A stretch of DNA of 64,000 bases from an uncultured Acidobacteriota bacterium (GTDB taxonomy: Bacteria; Acidobacteriota; UBA6911): the NCBI GenBank assembly GCA_963843575.1, contig CAWJKZ010000014.1:288001-352000 (forward strand), read 5' to 3'. Below the pieces are notes generated by a model, which saw only the letters and a program-made list of their open reading frames with translations, was not told the DNA's origin and searched no databases. The number at the start of each line of letters is the position of its first letter. Within the stretch, counting starts at the first letter, position 1. The position numbers and the translations under genes were made by a program. Below are positions 1-16,160 of this stretch, one piece after another.

Positions 1-628
1 GCCGCATCCGAACGACTTCAGCGACGAGCTGCTCGAGGTCATGGTCTCCTGCCCCCAGGTCTGCGACCAGATCCACCTGCCGGTTCAATCGGGGTCCACC
101 CGCGTGCTCCGGGCCATGCGCAGGGGATACACGCGCGAACGGTACCTCGAGACGATCGCGAAGCTGCGGTCGGCCGCCCGTCCGATCGCCATCTCGACCG
201 ACATCATCGTCGGCTTCCCAGGCGAGTCCGAGGCGGACTTTCAGGATACTCTCAGTCTCCTCGATCAGGTACAATATGACAGCGTCTTCTCCTTCAAATA
301 CTCGCCGCGACCCAATACGGCGGCCCTCTCGTGCGAGGGCGAGGTTGACGAGGAGGAGAAGGGAAGGAGGCTCAGGATCCTGCAGGAGCACCAGAAGCTG
401 ATCCAGTACAACAGGAACGCCGCCTACCGGGGCAGGACCGTGGAGGTGCTGGTGGACGACAGGGCGCGCAGCCGGTTCTCCCTTGCAGGTCGCACATCGG
501 ACAACAAGGTCGTGAACTTCGACGGGCCGGAGAACCTTATGGGACGGCTCGTCCCGGTCGAAATCACGGGGTTCAGCCCAAACAGCCTCAAGGGCGTCTG
601 GGTCCGGCAGGAATCGGAGGAATCATGA
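1..628 (+). CDS. miaB: tRNA-2-methylthio-N6-dimethylallyladenosine synthase, 5'-truncated by window edge
   Basis: Open frame from base 2 (PHPNDFSDELL), HLPVQSGS, STDIIVGFPGE, FKYSPRPNT motifs and C-terminal TRAM domain. Confidence 0.93.
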   Translation, partial: PHPNDFSDELLEVMVSCPQVCDQIHLPVQSGSTRVLRAMRRGYTRERYLETIAKLRSAARPIAISTDIIVGFPGESEADFQDTLSLLDQVQYDSVFSFKYSPRPNTAALSCEGEVDEEEKGRRLRILQEHQKLIQYNRNAAYRGRTVEVLVDDRARSRFSLAGRTSDNKVVNFDGPENLMGRLVPVEITGFSPNSLKGVWVRQESEES

Positions 629-1122
629 AGGAAATCGAGTTCAAGATTAAGGGTCTGATGATGGATCCGTTGACCAACTCTCCGATCGTCGTGCTGCAGG
701 ACACGTCCAGCGACACACTCCTCCCCATCTGGGTCGGCATCTTCGAGGCCAACGCGATCGCGCTGCAGATCGAAAAGGTCGACACACCCAGACCGATGAC
801 CCACGACCTGATCAAGGGCCTGCTGAACCACCTGAACGCCCAGGTCACCAAGGTCGTCGTCACCGAACTCAAGGACAATACCTTCTACGCCCTGATCTTC
901 CTCGACGTGGCGGGCAAGGTGGTCACGGTCGATTCCAGGCCTTCGGACGCCATCGCCCTGGCCCTGAGGACCGACTCCCCGATATTTGTCACCGACGAGG
1001 TCATTTCGAAGTCCTCGAGTGCGGCCGCCTCGACCCTTTCGGCCGAACGCAGCTCGCCGGAAGACATCAAGCAGTGGCTGGAGAACCTCAACCCCGAGGA
1101 TTTCGGAAAATACAAAATGTAG
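625..1122 (+). CDS. Bifunctional nuclease family protein (DUF151)
   Basis: LPIWVGIFEANAI, RPMTHDL, DSRPSDAIALALR motifs; ATGA overlap with miaB. Confidence 0.92.
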   Translation: MKEIEFKIKGLMMDPLTNSPIVVLQDTSSDTLLPIWVGIFEANAIALQIEKVDTPRPMTHDLIKGLLNHLNAQVTKVVVTELKDNTFYALIFLDVAGKVVTVDSRPSDAIALALRTDSPIFVTDEVISKSSSAAASTLSAERSSPEDIKQWLENLNPEDFGKYKM

Positions 1123-1171
1123 GGCGCCGCCCCTGCGCCCGCTCTCCCGGATATCGCGTCGCTCGCAGCGG

Positions 1172-3664
1172 TCAGACCCACTTCGCGATCTTCAGAATAT
1201 CACTGAGCACGCCGGCCGCCGTCACGCCGGCCCCCGCACCGGGTCCCTGGATGACCAGGGGATGCTTGAAGTAGCGCTGCGTTTGGAACACGAGGATGTT
1301 GTCCGGGCCGGCGAGCCGCCCGATCGGACTGTCCCTGGGCACGTGCTTCAACCCTACCTCGCAACCCTTTTCGCCGATGTCGGTGATGTAGCGCAGCACA
1401 CAGCCCTTTGACGCGGCCGCGTCGGCTTCCTGCGCCATCAGCGGGTCGGCCGTTGGGAGGCATTCGAGGAATTTCGCGATCGAACCCAACCGGAAGAAGC
1501 GCGCCGGCAGCATCGCCTTGAGCGCCACCTGCTCCATTTCCAGGGCGATGCCGAGCTCCCGTGCGATGATCAGCGCCTTGCGCGCGACATCGCGGCCGCT
1601 CAGGTCGTCCCGGGGATCGGGCTCGGTGTATCCGAGGGCCGCCGCCTCGGCAACTGCCTTGGAGAAGGGAAGCCCCTCGCCGATGCGGCTGCAGATAAAG
1701 CCGAGCGTGCCGCTCAGGCACCCCTGGATACGCACAATCCGGTCTCCGGTGTTGACGAGGTCCCGGAGCGTCGACAGCAGGGGGAGGCCGGCACCGAAGG
1801 TGGCCTCGAACTGGTAGTTGAGCCCCTTGCGACGGCACAGCCGTCGCATCTCCAGGTACTCGCGCAGGGAAGTCGTCAACGGCTTCTTGTTGGCAGTCAC
1901 GATGTGGAACCCGCGCCGCATCCCTTCGATGTGCGTGCCCGCCAGCTCGGCCCCGGTCGCGTCCACCAACACCACATCGGAGCGGTAGGTAGCGGCGATC
2001 CGGTCGAAGATCTCGCTCGAAGACGGTCGCGGTTCAGCGGCGGAGAGGTCGGAGAGCTGGGCACCCGACCCAAGCCTGTCGAGTTCGTTGTCCGGGATTC
2101 CCGATGCACAAAAACGAAGTGTTTTAGAGTTAGATACGCCAAGAACTTTAAGGTTAACTTTAAGTCCCTGCGCCAGGTGGTCCCGGCTGTCGTGAATCTG
2201 TTTGAGTAGGGTCCGGCCGATGTTGCCGCACCCGAACAGGAAGACGTTCAACTCGCGGGTCAGGCCGAAGGCTGTGTGGATGGCTTGGACGGCGTGCCGG
2301 TCGTCTTTTTCGAGGATCGCGGCCGAAATGTTGAGTTCCGAAGATCCCTGCGCGATGGCGAGGACGTTTACGCGGCACTTCCCGAGCGCCTCGAAGAACT
2401 TCCCGGAAGTGCCCGGGGTGCCGCGCATGCCAGCCCCTATGATGGAGACAATCGAGACCCCGCCGGTCAACTGGATGTCGTCGATCTGTCGGCGTTCGAT
2501 CTCAAGCCGGAACTCGCTCCGCAGCGCGTGGCGCCCGCGTTCCGCGTCCGCAGCCGGGATCACCATGCAGATGCTGTGCTCCGACGAGGATTGGGAGATC
2601 ATCATGACGCTGATGCCGTCGCGGGCCAGGACGTCGAGAACCCTGGAGGAAACCCCCGGGATGCCGATCATGCCGTTGCCCTGGACGTTGAGCAGGGCGA
2701 GGTTCCGGACCGAAGTGACGGTTTTGACGCTCGGGGAGCGCGCGGCGCGGCTCGTGATCAGGGTGCCATCGGCCGAGGCGTTGAAAGTGTTCTTGATCCG
2801 GATCGGGATCCGGTGCATGACGGCCGGAATCATGGTTTTCGGGTGAAGCACCTTGGCACCGAAATACGACATCTCGGCGGCTTCCTGGTAGCTGATGTGG
2901 GGCAGCACACGCGCTTCGCCCACGAGGTTCGGATCGGCGGTCATGATGCCGTCGACATCCGTGAAAATCCATATTTCGCTGGAGCGCAGCGCCGCGCCGA
3001 CAATCGAAGCCGAATAATCGGATCCATTGCGTCCGAGGGTCGCCGGCTCGCCCCGCGCGTCCCGGCAGATGAAGCCGGCCACAACGGGGCTCTTGCCCTG
3101 TTCGAGGAGCGGCAGAAGATGATTGCGGGTCCGGCGCTCGGTCTCGGCCTGGTCGACAACGGTACCGGCACCGTTGCGGTCGGCCACTATCCAGTCCCGG
3201 GCGTCAGAGTGACAGAACTCCCCTGAAAGATCCTGGAGCACCCGCGCAAGAAGGCGCGACGACAGTATTTCTCCATAGGAAAGCAGCTTGTCCCTCGTCC
3301 GGTCGCTGAACTCGTGCAGCAGGATAATCCCCTGGGTAATAGCGCGGATTTGGCCGAACTGGTCCGCCACGAAGCGCCGGATCCAGCGCCGTGAGCCGTC
3401 GCCATCCGTCAGCGAGGTGAACGTCTCCTCGTGAAGGGCGGCGAGCGCGGTGAGGGCCTCTTCGACCTTCTTGGGCCGCCGGCGCAAGGAGTCCTCGCCG
3501 GCGCCCAGCAGCCGGTCCGTGACTCCCCCCATGGCCGACACCACCGTAACGACCGGACGCGTCCTGCATTGCTCGCGGACGATGTCCATGACCCTGCGGA
3601 TCGAGTCGCGGCCGCCCATGGACGAGCCGCCGAACTTCAAGATGACTAGCCTGCGATTCTGCAT
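1172..3664 (-). CDS. thrA: Bifunctional aspartokinase / homoserine dehydrogenase
   Basis: KFGGSS, TLGRNGSDYSA, two ACT domains, GCGNIG Rossmann motif, TANKKP, GYTEPDPRDDLSG, GPGAG. Confidence 0.95.
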   Translation of the reverse strand: MQNRRLVILKFGGSSMGGRDSIRRVMDIVREQCRTRPVVTVVSAMGGVTDRLLGAGEDSLRRRPKKVEEALTALAALHEETFTSLTDGDGSRRWIRRFVADQFGQIRAITQGIILLHEFSDRTRDKLLSYGEILSSRLLARVLQDLSGEFCHSDARDWIVADRNGAGTVVDQAETERRTRNHLLPLLEQGKSPVVAGFICRDARGEPATLGRNGSDYSASIVGAALRSSEIWIFTDVDGIMTADPNLVGEARVLPHISYQEAAEMSYFGAKVLHPKTMIPAVMHRIPIRIKNTFNASADGTLITSRAARSPSVKTVTSVRNLALLNVQGNGMIGIPGVSSRVLDVLARDGISVMMISQSSSEHSICMVIPAADAERGRHALRSEFRLEIERRQIDDIQLTGGVSIVSIIGAGMRGTPGTSGKFFEALGKCRVNVLAIAQGSSELNISAAILEKDDRHAVQAIHTAFGLTRELNVFLFGCGNIGRTLLKQIHDSRDHLAQGLKVNLKVLGVSNSKTLRFCASGIPDNELDRLGSGAQLSDLSAAEPRPSSSEIFDRIAATYRSDVVLVDATGAELAGTHIEGMRRGFHIVTANKKPLTTSLREYLEMRRLCRRKGLNYQFEATFGAGLPLLSTLRDLVNTGDRIVRIQGCLSGTLGFICSRIGEGLPFSKAVAEAAALGYTEPDPRDDLSGRDVARKALIIARELGIALEMEQVALKAMLPARFFRLGSIAKFLECLPTADPLMAQEADAAASKGCVLRYITDIGEKGCEVGLKHVPRDSPIGRLAGPDNILVFQTQRYFKHPLVIQGPGAGAGVTAAGVLSDILKIAKWV

Positions 3665-3842
3665 ATGTCCAGCCCGGAGCCTCCCGAAACCGATTTCGTC
3701 AAAGTGGGAAATCCTACCACGAAAACACGCCGGAGGGCCAAATACGCTGCCGGGACTCTATTATTTACTTTGGGAAGGGAGGGAGGTCAGCTTGACCGGC
3801 CCCACCGGCACCGGCCTTCGGGTCAGTGCTCTGAAATCTCTT

Positions 3843-3870
3843 AGTTAACATAATGTATCTTATCGGAAGT
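3843..3870 (-). other. dif chromosome-dimer resolution site (XerC/XerD)
   Basis: Minus strand reads ACTTCCGATAA-GATACA-TTATGTTAACT: 11-6-11 layout, XerD arm TTATGTTAA as in E. coli, XerC arm resembling B. subtilis ACTTCCTAGAA; intergenic and AT-rich. Confidence 0.85.
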
Positions 3871-3952
3871 TAAGGGGGCGCGGCCGGGATCCCTCTTTAC
3901 ATGCGCCCCTGGCGCTTTACGCACGCACCGGCGATGTGCTAGTCTTCAGGGT

Positions 3953-6301
3953 GTGAAAAAAATCGATAAGCTGATGTACCACGCGATTTTGCCGCCCTTT
4001 ATGATCTCCTGCGCGGCGCTGACGTTCGTGGTCTTCGTGCGCGAGTTCGGCCGCCTGTCGGAACTGCTCATCACCCGAAACGCCTCTATCCCGACAGTCG
4101 GGCTCATTGCCGCCGCCATCCTCCCCGGTATCCTCATCTTCTCGCTTCCCCTGGCGTACCTCATCGGCCTGCTTATCGGAATGAGCGGCCTGTCGGGCGA
4201 GTGCCAGATCATCGCCTTGCGCGCGTGCGGCGTCCCCCTGCAACGACTGCTCAAGCCCGTCGTGACGATCGCCCTCGGGGTTGGAGTGGTCACTTCCGTG
4301 CTCTCGCTCCTTGTGCTGCCCGAGGCCAACGACATCTTCTACAGCCTCAAGGACCGGATCAGCCTGCGACAGGCCACCTCCCAGATACAGCCGAGGGTCT
4401 TCAACGAACAGTTTCCCAACGTCGTGTTTTATCTCGACGATCTGGCCGTGGACCGGCAACACTGGTCGCGGGTGTTTCTGTCGGATAACTCGGACCCCAA
4501 GGCACCCAGAACCGTACTGGCCCGCGAAGGCACATGGGTGACCGACTCGGCAGCGCTGCGCCTCCAGCTCCACCTCAGCGACGGAACCGTGTATCAGACC
4601 GACCCTGCCAACCCGGCCAAGGACAACGTGAGCGTCTTTGCCACGACCGACATCCCGATCGACCTCGTCTCGGGCGGCGGTACCGGGGCGGCGGAGCCCA
4701 CTCAACCGCCCCGCAAGGCTTTTGAAATGACGACGGCAGAACTCTGGAAGGGAGTCAACGCCGCGAACCGGGCACAGCGACTCGAGCAGCGCATCGAACT
4801 GCACCGCCGGATGGCAATTCCCTTCTCCGTGTTCGGATTTGCGCTGGTCGGCCTGACCCTGGGGATCAACACGAAGAAAGGGGGCAAGACGTCCGGGTTT
4901 GTCCTCAGCCTCGCCCTGGTGGTGCTCTTCTACGCCCTGCTGATGAACGGGCTCCGGCTCGCCTCGGTCGAAAAACTCCCCCCCTGGATGGGAGCCTGGG
5001 GCGCCAACATCCTGCTTTCCTCGCTCGGCTTCGTTCTGCTGGCCAACGCGGAGCGAGGCAACTGGCTCAGCCACTGGATCTCGTCATGGCGCTGGAAATC
5101 CAAGTTCGCCCCCGTCAGCCGGCAACTGCACCTCGCGGCCGCCCGCCAGCGCATACAACAGTTCGACGCCGCCGTCGTCGACAACACTATGCGCATCGCC
5201 CAGATCAGCTTCCCCAAGGTCCTCGACGTCTACATCTCCCGCGGCTTCCTCCAGTACTTCCTCTGGTCGACCGTCGTCTGCGGCGTCCTGTTTGTCGTGC
5301 TGACGCTTTTCGACCTGCTCGACGACATCATCAGGAACCGGATCGGCGTCTACTACCTCGTCAACTACTTCTTCTTCCTCACCCCCCAGATCCTGATGCT
5401 GATCATCCCCATGGCCGTGCTTCTGGCCATCCTGATCCACTTCGGCATCCTCGAAAAACACTCCGAAGTCACCGCGCTCAAAGCGGGTGGCTGGAGCCTC
5501 TATCGCATCGCCCTCCCGGTGTTCATCATGTCGACCGGCGTGTGCGTCGCGCTCTACCTCGTACAGGACTACGTTCTGCCCTACGCAAACATCCGCCAGG
5601 ACAGCATCCGCAACATCATCAAGGGGCGGCCGCCCCAGACGTCGATGCGGCCGCAGCGCAAGTGGATCTTCGGCGAGTCCAACCGCATCTTCAACTACGA
5701 CTACTTTGACGCAAGCCAAAACCGTTTCGTGAAACTCAACGTCTTCGAGGCCGACCTGCACGGGCTGAAGATCCTGCGCCGCATTCACGCATCACTCGCC
5801 AGCATCGATGCCGAAGGAAAATGGCACCTCCAGGACGGCTGGGTGCGCGACTTCGAATCCGATACCAACGGTTTCCGCCGCTTCGCGTCGCAGGAATTCC
5901 CATTCCCGGAACAGCCCAGCTACTTCCAGAAAGAAATCTTCCAGCCCAAAGAGTCCTCGAAACTCTCCTACCTTGAGCTCAAGCAATACATTGATTATCT
6001 AAAGAAAGCTGGCTATAACGCTACGGAATTACAGGTAGAGCTCTACAAGAAGGTCTCGTTCCCGCTGAGTTGTGTGGTGATGGCGCTGCTTGGGGTGCCG
6101 TTCTCCTTTTCCATGGGGAAAAAGGGAGCCTTCTACGGCATCACCCTGAGCATCCTGATTGCGATGTCGTACTGGGGAATCTTCAGTGTCTTCGAACAAC
6201 TCGGGGCCTATGGCTTCCTGATACCGCTTCTGGCTGCCTGGGCCCCTAATCTTATCTTTGCCTCCGCCGGCCTCGCGCTGCTCTTTACGATCCGAACCTG
6301 A
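3953..6301 (+). CDS. lptF/lptG: Fused LPS export permease LptF-LptG
   Basis: Two tandem YjgP/YjgQ-type halves (E-x-IALRACG; SEVTALKAGG; AAWAPNLIF) in one 782-aa ORF. Confidence 0.9.
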   Translation: MKKIDKLMYHAILPPFMISCAALTFVVFVREFGRLSELLITRNASIPTVGLIAAAILPGILIFSLPLAYLIGLLIGMSGLSGECQIIALRACGVPLQRLLKPVVTIALGVGVVTSVLSLLVLPEANDIFYSLKDRISLRQATSQIQPRVFNEQFPNVVFYLDDLAVDRQHWSRVFLSDNSDPKAPRTVLAREGTWVTDSAALRLQLHLSDGTVYQTDPANPAKDNVSVFATTDIPIDLVSGGGTGAAEPTQPPRKAFEMTTAELWKGVNAANRAQRLEQRIELHRRMAIPFSVFGFALVGLTLGINTKKGGKTSGFVLSLALVVLFYALLMNGLRLASVEKLPPWMGAWGANILLSSLGFVLLANAERGNWLSHWISSWRWKSKFAPVSRQLHLAAARQRIQQFDAAVVDNTMRIAQISFPKVLDVYISRGFLQYFLWSTVVCGVLFVVLTLFDLLDDIIRNRIGVYYLVNYFFFLTPQILMLIIPMAVLLAILIHFGILEKHSEVTALKAGGWSLYRIALPVFIMSTGVCVALYLVQDYVLPYANIRQDSIRNIIKGRPPQTSMRPQRKWIFGESNRIFNYDYFDASQNRFVKLNVFEADLHGLKILRRIHASLASIDAEGKWHLQDGWVRDFESDTNGFRRFASQEFPFPEQPSYFQKEIFQPKESSKLSYLELKQYIDYLKKAGYNATELQVELYKKVSFPLSCVVMALLGVPFSFSMGKKGAFYGITLSILIAMSYWGIFSVFEQLGAYGFLIPLLAAWAPNLIFASAGLALLFTIRT

Positions 6302-6311
6302 GCCCGGTTTG

Positions 6312-6430
6312 TGGAAGTGCGGCGGCTCGACGCCGCTTTGCGGGCGTCGCCTAGGCAGCCTAGGCGACGCCCTCTGGTCGATCCTGCCGATCCAGAACCA
6401 CCCGGAAAGCGTGCCGAGGCACCGCACTCC
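6312..6430. repeat. REP-like palindromic doublet with internal perfect hairpin
   Basis: GAAGTGCGGCGGCTCGACGCCGCTTT ... AAAGCGTGCCGAGGCACCGCACTCC; inner 15-bp perfect IR GGGCGTCGCCTAGGC-A-GCCTAGGCGACGCCC (6342-6372); related inverted copy at 12921-13006. Confidence 0.75.
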
Positions 6431-6444
6431 GTAACCCACAAGGG

Positions 6445-8885
<2,441 letters not shown>

Positions 8886-9026
8886 GCCTCGTCCTCCCTG
8901 TAAGATTAGAAAAGGAAACCGCAAAAAACCTATGACTTTTAGCACAGCGATACCGGGGAGTCAATCAATTGCGCTCCGGGGCCGCTCCGCCACCAATGCC
9001 ACGCGGTACCCGGGGTTCGGGTCCGG

Positions 9027-9914
9027 TCAGGACCGGGGGTGGTAGCGGCCGTAGATCTGCTTCAGGCGTTCCCTGGTCACGTGTGTATAGATCTGGGTCG
9101 TCGAGATATCGGAGTGTCCGAGCATGACCTGGACCGACCGGAGATCGGCGCCGTTTTCGAGCAGGTGGGTCGCAAACGAGTGCCGCAGCACGTGGGGGGT
9201 GATGCGGGCCGTGATGCCGGCGTCTCGCCCGTGCCGCCGGATGGACTTCCAGAACGCCTGGCGTGTCATGCGGGCGCCGCGGCGCGAAACGAAGAGGTGA
9301 TTGCTCCTTCTTCCCTTCAGCAGCAGCGACCTGCCGGACCTCAGATAGTTGCGCACACAGGCAACCGCGCTTTCGCCGATGGGAACGACGCGTTCCTTGC
9401 TCCCTTTGCCGATGCAGGTCACCAGCCCGAGTTCCAGGTCCACCTGGGCGATGGTCAGGCCGACAAGTTCGCTGACCCGCAGCCCCGAGGCGTACAGGAT
9501 CTCCAGCATCGCCTTGTCCCTGCTTCCCGGGGCCTTTGAGGGATCCGGGGCGGCCAGCAGCCGTTGCACATCGTCCTGGTTGAGAAAACGCGGCAGGGGT
9601 TTCAGCGCCCTGGGCGCCGAGAGGTGCTCGGTCGGGTCCGCGGCGACCACCCGGTGGGTCAAGAGGAAACGGAAGAACGCCCGCGCCGCGGCGATGGCAC
9701 GCGCCACCGAGCGCGCGGAGATCCCCTCGACGTGCAGCCTCTGAACCCACGCCGCCAGCGCGTCCTGATCGAGCTCGGGCAAGGGCTTGCCCGCGGTGTC
9801 CGCAAACTCTTTCAATTTACGCACATCCGTGGCGTAGGCGGTGATCGAGTTGGCGGACAGGCCTTTTTCAACCCTCAGGTAAACTCCGAACTCCCCGACC
9901 CAATCCCTGGTCAC
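9027..9914 (-). CDS. xerD: Site-specific tyrosine recombinase XerD
   Basis: [59 protein letters not shown]; GTG start overlaps murJ stop. Confidence 0.9.
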   Translation of the reverse strand: MTRDWVGEFGVYLRVEKGLSANSITAYATDVRKLKEFADTAGKPLPELDQDALAAWVQRLHVEGISARSVARAIAAARAFFRFLLTHRVVAADPTEHLSAPRALKPLPRFLNQDDVQRLLAAPDPSKAPGSRDKAMLEILYASGLRVSELVGLTIAQVDLELGLVTCIGKGSKERVVPIGESAVACVRNYLRSGRSLLLKGRRSNHLFVSRRGARMTRQAFWKSIRRHGRDAGITARITPHVLRHSFATHLLENGADLRSVQVMLGHSDISTTQIYTHVTRERLKQIYGRYHPRS

Positions 9915-11542
9915 GCGCGTCTCCCCAGAAGCTTGCGCCGAATGGCGCTTGCCAACTCGGCGGCTTCGGTCACCCGAAAAACATACAGCAGGGGCAGCAT
10001 CGCGGCCATCCCGGCAGCTATCGCGGCACCCAGGTCGAGGGTGAGCGCCCAGTGGGAAGCCTTGCCGAAGACGTACTCGGCCACTCGGAAGGCGAGCGAG
10101 GCAATCCCACCCATAATCACCGAGGCCAACGCGATCCGCAGATAGGCGCTCAGCCCGCGCCAGTGCCAGGTTTCGTCCCGGGTCCGCCGGGCGAGCGCTC
10201 TCATGAGCAGGCCGAAATTGAGCCACGAAGCCAGCGCCGTCGCGAGCGCCAGCCCCAGGAATTGCATGCGCCAGACCAGCGCAAAATTGACCGCGATCTT
10301 CACTGCCACCGTAAGCACGCTCGTCCGCACGGGGGTGCGGGTATCGTCCAGCGCGTAGAATGTCGGGACGAGGATCTTCACGGCCGAGTACGCGAAAAGC
10401 GCGAGCGCGTAATACAGGAGCGCGCGACTGGTCTGAAGCGTGTCGACTGCGAGAAACGAGCCACGTTCGTAGAGCAGGCGGACGATCTCCCCGCGAAAAA
10501 CGATGAGGCCGACAGTGGCGGGGAATGTCATGCAGGCTGCCAGCCGCAGGCTCGACGACACCGTGCCGCGGAGCTTGCCCATTGAGTTCTGGGCAGCGTG
10601 CAGCGAAACGGTCGCCGTCGTGGCGGTTGCAATGGCCACCCCGAAGACCCCGATCGGCAGCTGCATCAACCGGAAGGCGTAGTTCAGCCAGGACACCGGT
10701 CCGTTGCCCATGCGGGAGGCGAGCTGGTTGTCCACCGTGATGTTGATCTGGGTCGCCGAGAGCCCGATGACCGCCGGCAGCATCAGTCTTGCGATGCGCC
10801 GCAGGCCGGGATCCTGAAAATCCAGGGCGAGCCTGTAGCGGAAGCCCGCGCGGTAAGCGGCCGGGACTTGCACGAGAAACTGGCTCATGCCTCCCGCCAG
10901 AGCACCGATGGCCATCGAGATGATCGGCTCCAGGCCCCAGTGCGGCATGAGCGGCGACAACAGGATGCCGGCCAGGATGCAGCAGACGTTGAAGGCGGAA
11001 GGCGCCATGGCGGGAAGAAAGAACGACCCGCAGGCGTTGAGCATCCCCATGGCCACCGCTGCCAGCGCAACCCACAACAGAAACGGCGACATGATTTTCG
11101 TCATCTGGACCGTGAGGGCGAATTTCTGCGGGATCTCGGCGTAACCCGCGGCCAGCAGGTAGACAAACCACTTGGCCCCGAAAAAGATCAGAAGGGTCAC
11201 CCCACCGAGGACTACGGCGAGGGCGTTGATCACCCGGTTGGCGAGCAACCAGGCTTCCTTGCGGCCGGCCTGGGTGAGGTAACGGACGAACGTCGGCACG
11301 AACGCGGAACTCAGCGCGCCCTCGGCGAAGAGATCCCGCAGCAGATTTGGGATCCGGTAGGCCACGTTGAAGGCGTCGGTGTACAGCCCAGCCCCGAAAT
11401 ACCGCGCCATGACCATCTCGCGCAGGACGCCGAGTACCCGGCTGACCATCGTGGCCGCACTGATGGAGCCCGCGGCGCCGGCGACGCTGCGCCGCACCGG
11501 GCGCTTCTCCGGCGCGGGAGTTTCATCTCTAGGGGTGGCCAT
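9911..11542 (-). CDS. murJ: Lipid II flippase
   Basis: [28 protein letters not shown], multi-TM MOP family. Confidence 0.95.
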   Translation of the reverse strand: MATPRDETPAPEKRPVRRSVAGAAGSISAATMVSRVLGVLREMVMARYFGAGLYTDAFNVAYRIPNLLRDLFAEGALSSAFVPTFVRYLTQAGRKEAWLLANRVINALAVVLGGVTLLIFFGAKWFVYLLAAGYAEIPQKFALTVQMTKIMSPFLLWVALAAVAMGMLNACGSFFLPAMAPSAFNVCCILAGILLSPLMPHWGLEPIISMAIGALAGGMSQFLVQVPAAYRAGFRYRLALDFQDPGLRRIARLMLPAVIGLSATQINITVDNQLASRMGNGPVSWLNYAFRLMQLPIGVFGVAIATATTATVSLHAAQNSMGKLRGTVSSSLRLAACMTFPATVGLIVFRGEIVRLLYERGSFLAVDTLQTSRALLYYALALFAYSAVKILVPTFYALDDTRTPVRTSVLTVAVKIAVNFALVWRMQFLGLALATALASWLNFGLLMRALARRTRDETWHWRGLSAYLRIALASVIMGGIASLAFRVAEYVFGKASHWALTLDLGAAIAAGMAAMLPLLYVFRVTEAAELASAIRRKLLGRRA

Positions 11543-11686
11543 CGCGCCGCAGCGTCTCCTTGACTGGCATGCGCCCCTATACTACCATAGCCGCTCGAGT
11601 GGGACAAAAACCCTTGATTATCCTATGACTTATCGAAAGGGAAGCGTGACGGCAGCCCGCTGCTCCGGATCCCGCTTCGGCAGGCC

Positions 11687-12715
11687 ATGAAACTTTCTGA
11701 AATCGCCCGCAGGCTCGGCTGCGACATGTCCCCCGGGGACGACGTCGAGATCCTGCGCATCGCCGGGATCGAAGTTGCCGGCCCGGGAGACCTTACTTTC
11801 GTATCCAACCGAAAGTACGTGCGCCATATAAGGGACACGCGGGCCTCGGCGATAATCCTCGGCCACGACATGCCGGCGGCTCCGATCCCGAGCCTGCGCA
11901 CCGCGGATCCTTATCTGGCCTTCGCGCGGGCCCTCGAGCTGTTCTTCGAACCCGTCCTCGCCCCCCCGGGGATTCACCCGACGGCGGCCGTGGCCCCCGA
12001 TGCCGTGGTGGGACCCGGCGCGAGCATCGGGGCGTACGCCGTCATCGGCAGCCAGTGCGTGCTGGGCTCCGGGGTCGTGATCTATCCCCACGCCGTGGTG
12101 TATCCCGAGGCGCGGATCGGTGACGGGAGCGTCCTGCACGCCCATGCGGTGGTGCGCGAGCGTTGCGAGTTGGGCAGGCGTGTCATCCTCCAGAACGGCG
12201 CCATCGTCGGGAGCGACGGGTTCGGCTTCGCCCCGCTGGAGGACGGCAGTTATCACAAGATCGTACAAACGGGGCGCGTTCTGGTGGAAGACGACGTGGA
12301 AATCGGCGCAAACACGACCATCGATCGGGCCGCCGTAGGAGACAGCATCATCCGAAAGGGCGCCAAGCTCGATAACCTGGTCCAAATCGGCCACGGCTCC
12401 CGGGTGGGAGAGAACTCGGTCCTGGCCGCGCAGGTCGGGATTGCCGGCTCCACCCGGGTGGGACGGAACGTCAAACTGGGTGGCCAGGTCGGGCTGGCGG
12501 GGCACATGGAGGTCGGTGACGACGCCATCCTCACGGCCCAAAGCGGGGCTGCCCACGACATCCCGGCCGGCGCCGTCATGTCGGGTTCGCCCGCGATCGA
12601 CAACGGCGCGTGGCTGCGCTCCGTCGCCGCCTATGGCCGCCTCCCGGAACTGGTCAAACGCATCCGGGAACTCGAAAAACAGCTCAAGAGCCTGACCACG
12701 CGAGACCCGAGCTGA
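11687..12715 (+). CDS. lpxD: UDP-3-O-acylglucosamine N-acyltransferase
   Basis: Hexapeptide repeats, GSDGFGF, EIGANTTIDR, KLDNLVQIGH. Confidence 0.96.
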   Translation: MKLSEIARRLGCDMSPGDDVEILRIAGIEVAGPGDLTFVSNRKYVRHIRDTRASAIILGHDMPAAPIPSLRTADPYLAFARALELFFEPVLAPPGIHPTAAVAPDAVVGPGASIGAYAVIGSQCVLGSGVVIYPHAVVYPEARIGDGSVLHAHAVVRERCELGRRVILQNGAIVGSDGFGFAPLEDGSYHKIVQTGRVLVEDDVEIGANTTIDRAAVGDSIIRKGAKLDNLVQIGHGSRVGENSVLAAQVGIAGSTRVGRNVKLGGQVGLAGHMEVGDDAILTAQSGAAHDIPAGAVMSGSPAIDNGAWLRSVAAYGRLPELVKRIRELEKQLKSLTTRDPS

Positions 12716-12920
12716 AAAAAGCGCTCACGATCCGCCTCCGGGAGCCGATAAGACCCTCGGCTATTCGAGAAGCTGACTTTCAGCCCGTGCCCGCGCCGCC
12801 CGGCTCCCGCCGCGGTCGAGCGGGCATGGGCTGAGAGATTCTCCGGCTCATTCCCATACCCCTCAATCCCAGCCACCGGCCTGTCCCCGACCCGAACGCT
12901 CCTGCTGCGGCCCTGTAATC

Positions 12921-13006
12921 TGGAGTGCGGCGCCTCGGCGCCACGCCGAATTGAGAGATGCGACCCCGCGAGCTCGCCCTTTGGTGCCGTCGAGCCGCCG
13001 CACTTC
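12921..13006. repeat. REP-like palindromic doublet (inverted copy of 6312-6430 family)
   Basis: TGGAGTGCGGCGCCTCGGC ... CGTCGAGCCGCCGCACTTC; last 19 nt are the exact reverse complement of 6314-6332. Confidence 0.75.
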
Positions 13007-13285
13007 AGGTTTGCGGTCCCTGGTTCAGCGCAGCTGTGCCCAGATAGGGTGTATCAAAAGGCGTCCGGGCTGAAGGGGCTGTCCAGAAGCCCGAAGCCAA
13101 ATGATATTTTCCAAAACCTCCCGGACGGTAGGCCATTGAGGAGACTCTGTTTTCCTTGACATTTGGGGGTATTTTCAAGTATTCGATTAGGTTTACATCA
13201 CTGCTGTGGACTGTGCATTGCCATTCTCTTCTCATAGTGGCTTTAGCCTTTCGACGATGCTGAATTAATCCTGGAGACCATATAG

Positions 13286-16060
<2,775 letters not shown>

Positions 16061-16067
16061 CTTTTTC

Positions 16068-16097
16068 GCGGGGCGGCGGCTCGGGCCGCCGCCCCGC
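16068..16097. terminator. GC-rich hairpin after ppdK (possible terminator)
   Basis: GCGGGGCGGCGGC-TCGG-GCCGCCGCCCCGC, 13-bp perfect stem; only a weak U tract. Confidence 0.45.
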
Positions 16098-16160
16098 TTC
16101 CCTGCGCGTGCCCGTGCGCCCGCCAAACCCTCTGGGGCCTCTCTTCCCGGTACCAAAGCC

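Noticed and set aside
3772-3779. GGGAAGGG KOPS-like motif pointing at dif
   Set aside because: GGGNAGGG occurs in both orientations to the right of dif with no clear polarity by eye, so it is not supportable.
3953-6301. LptF-LptG fusion as a novelty
   Set aside because: Such fusions are familiar from Acidobacteria; useful as a taxonomic hint only.
8886-9026. SAM/SAH riboswitch upstream of metK-ahcY
   Set aside because: No recognisable SAM-I or SAH consensus; the leader is short.
9027-11171. 714-aa ORF suggesting a large N-terminally extended integrase
   Set aside because: The extension is an off-frame shadow of murJ. The true XerD starts at GTG 9914 and is a housekeeping recombinase, not a mobile-element integrase.
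12712-12785. GCTGAAAAA...TTTCAGC short inverted ends (similar at 49091-49180) as IS scars; also the IR at 54943-54986
   Set aside because: Matches are too short (7-11 bp) to distinguish from terminators or chance.
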